The notes under the pieces: model-generated
Databases searched by the model: none
Told to the model about the DNA's origin: nothing
Seen by the model: only the letters and a program-made list of their open reading frames with translations
In this document: one piece after another, positions 63,697-64,000 of the stretch
Position numbering within the stretch: position 1 is the stretch's first letter
How the letters are laid out: every line of letters begins with the position of its first letter
Assembly: GCA_944377385.1 (NCBI GenBank)
Contig: CALWET010000095.1
Location: 2,683-66,682 of the forward strand
Origin: an uncultured Lachnospiraceae bacterium
GTDB lineage: Bacteria; Bacillota; Clostridia; Lachnospirales; Lachnospiraceae
Length of the DNA stretch: 64,000 nt
Reading direction: 5' to 3'
Program-made: the position numbers and the translations under genes

Positions 63697-64000
63697 ATGT
63701 TGATGGGCGAATACAATCACACTATAGATGCCAAGGGCAGGCTGATCATTCCTGCCAGGTTTCGTGATGAGCTCGGAGACCACTTTGTAGTGACACGAGG
63801 CATGGGCAGCTGTCTGAGCATTTATCCCATGAAATACTGGGAGCGGATGGTGGAAAAGATCTCGACGCTTCCGGTAACGGATAAAAAGGTCAGGGATTTC
63901 AAACGATATATCGTATCTGCTGCCACGGAATGTGAGCTGGATAAGATGGGACGCATATTGCTGCCTCAGTCCCTTCGCAGGTTTGCCGGATTGTCCAAGG
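63697..64000 (+). CDS. mraZ: transcriptional regulator MraZ (5' part, truncated by window end)
   Basis: It is not in the ORF track because no stop lies within the window. The translation is MLMGEYNHTIDAKGRLIIPARFRDELGDHFVVTRG...LDKMGRILLPQSLR, showing both DxxxR SpoVT-AbrB repeats of MraZ. Confidence 0.9.
   Translation, partial: MLMGEYNHTIDAKGRLIIPARFRDELGDHFVVTRGMGSCLSIYPMKYWERMVEKISTLPVTDKKVRDFKRYIVSAATECELDKMGRILLPQSLRRFAGLSK

Overview
The window is a chromosomal, mostly housekeeping segment from a Firmicutes/Clostridia-type anaerobe. That assignment is inferred from gene content: desulfoferrodoxin, an ECF transporter next to truA-rplM-rpsI, the rpmE-DUF1385-prmC-prfA block, ChW and cell-wall-binding repeats, and TTG/GTG starts with strong GGAGG ribosome-binding sites. 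I call about 65 protein genes, one tRNA-Arg(ACG), and several promoters and terminators read directly from the sequence. Only csp, dfx and lgt lie on the minus strand. Most minus-strand ORFs in the track are antisense shadows of plus-strand genes. I see no transposase, integrase, prophage, CRISPR array or rRNA.

Recognisable content, in order:
- Lipoprotein serpin, then pckA.
- ktrBA next to a truncated kdpD/kdpE pair.
- DUF2142-rfbC-Wzm envelope genes, plsC, ppx-ppk1.
- A VanRS-like two-component system fused in an operon to an 831-aa membrane protein plus an ABC-2 transporter.
- murG, ecfA1-ecfT-ecfA2, truA, rplM-rpsI-rpmE, prmC-prfA.
- An 11-kb glycan-decoration cluster: three GT2 enzymes, two flippases, a PLP enzyme, an ATP-grasp ligase, DUF2304 and a fused nucleotidyltransferase-GmhB.
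- A CNNM/CorC protein and a translationally coupled GNAT-VanZ-unknown-lipoprotein-Ogg string.
- A PBP5-type carboxypeptidase, GtrA-YfhO, folD, csp, threonine aldolase, recJ.
- dfx divergent from a small CxxC protein plus a polyferredoxin-like membrane protein.
- tRNA-Arg, lgt, ychF and the start of mraZ.

The best candidates for undescribed biology are:
1. The TCS + 831-aa double-ectodomain protein + ABC-2 operon, whose kinase gene carries a 16-nt poly(A) tract.
2. The PLP-enzyme/ATP-grasp pair embedded in the glycan cluster.
3. The coupled GNAT-VanZ-unknown-lipoprotein string.
4. The dfx / small-CxxC / 4Fe-4S redox locus, with a PerR-like box and a triplicated 17-bp 3' end.

All functional assignments come from motif recognition by eye. 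No database search was run.
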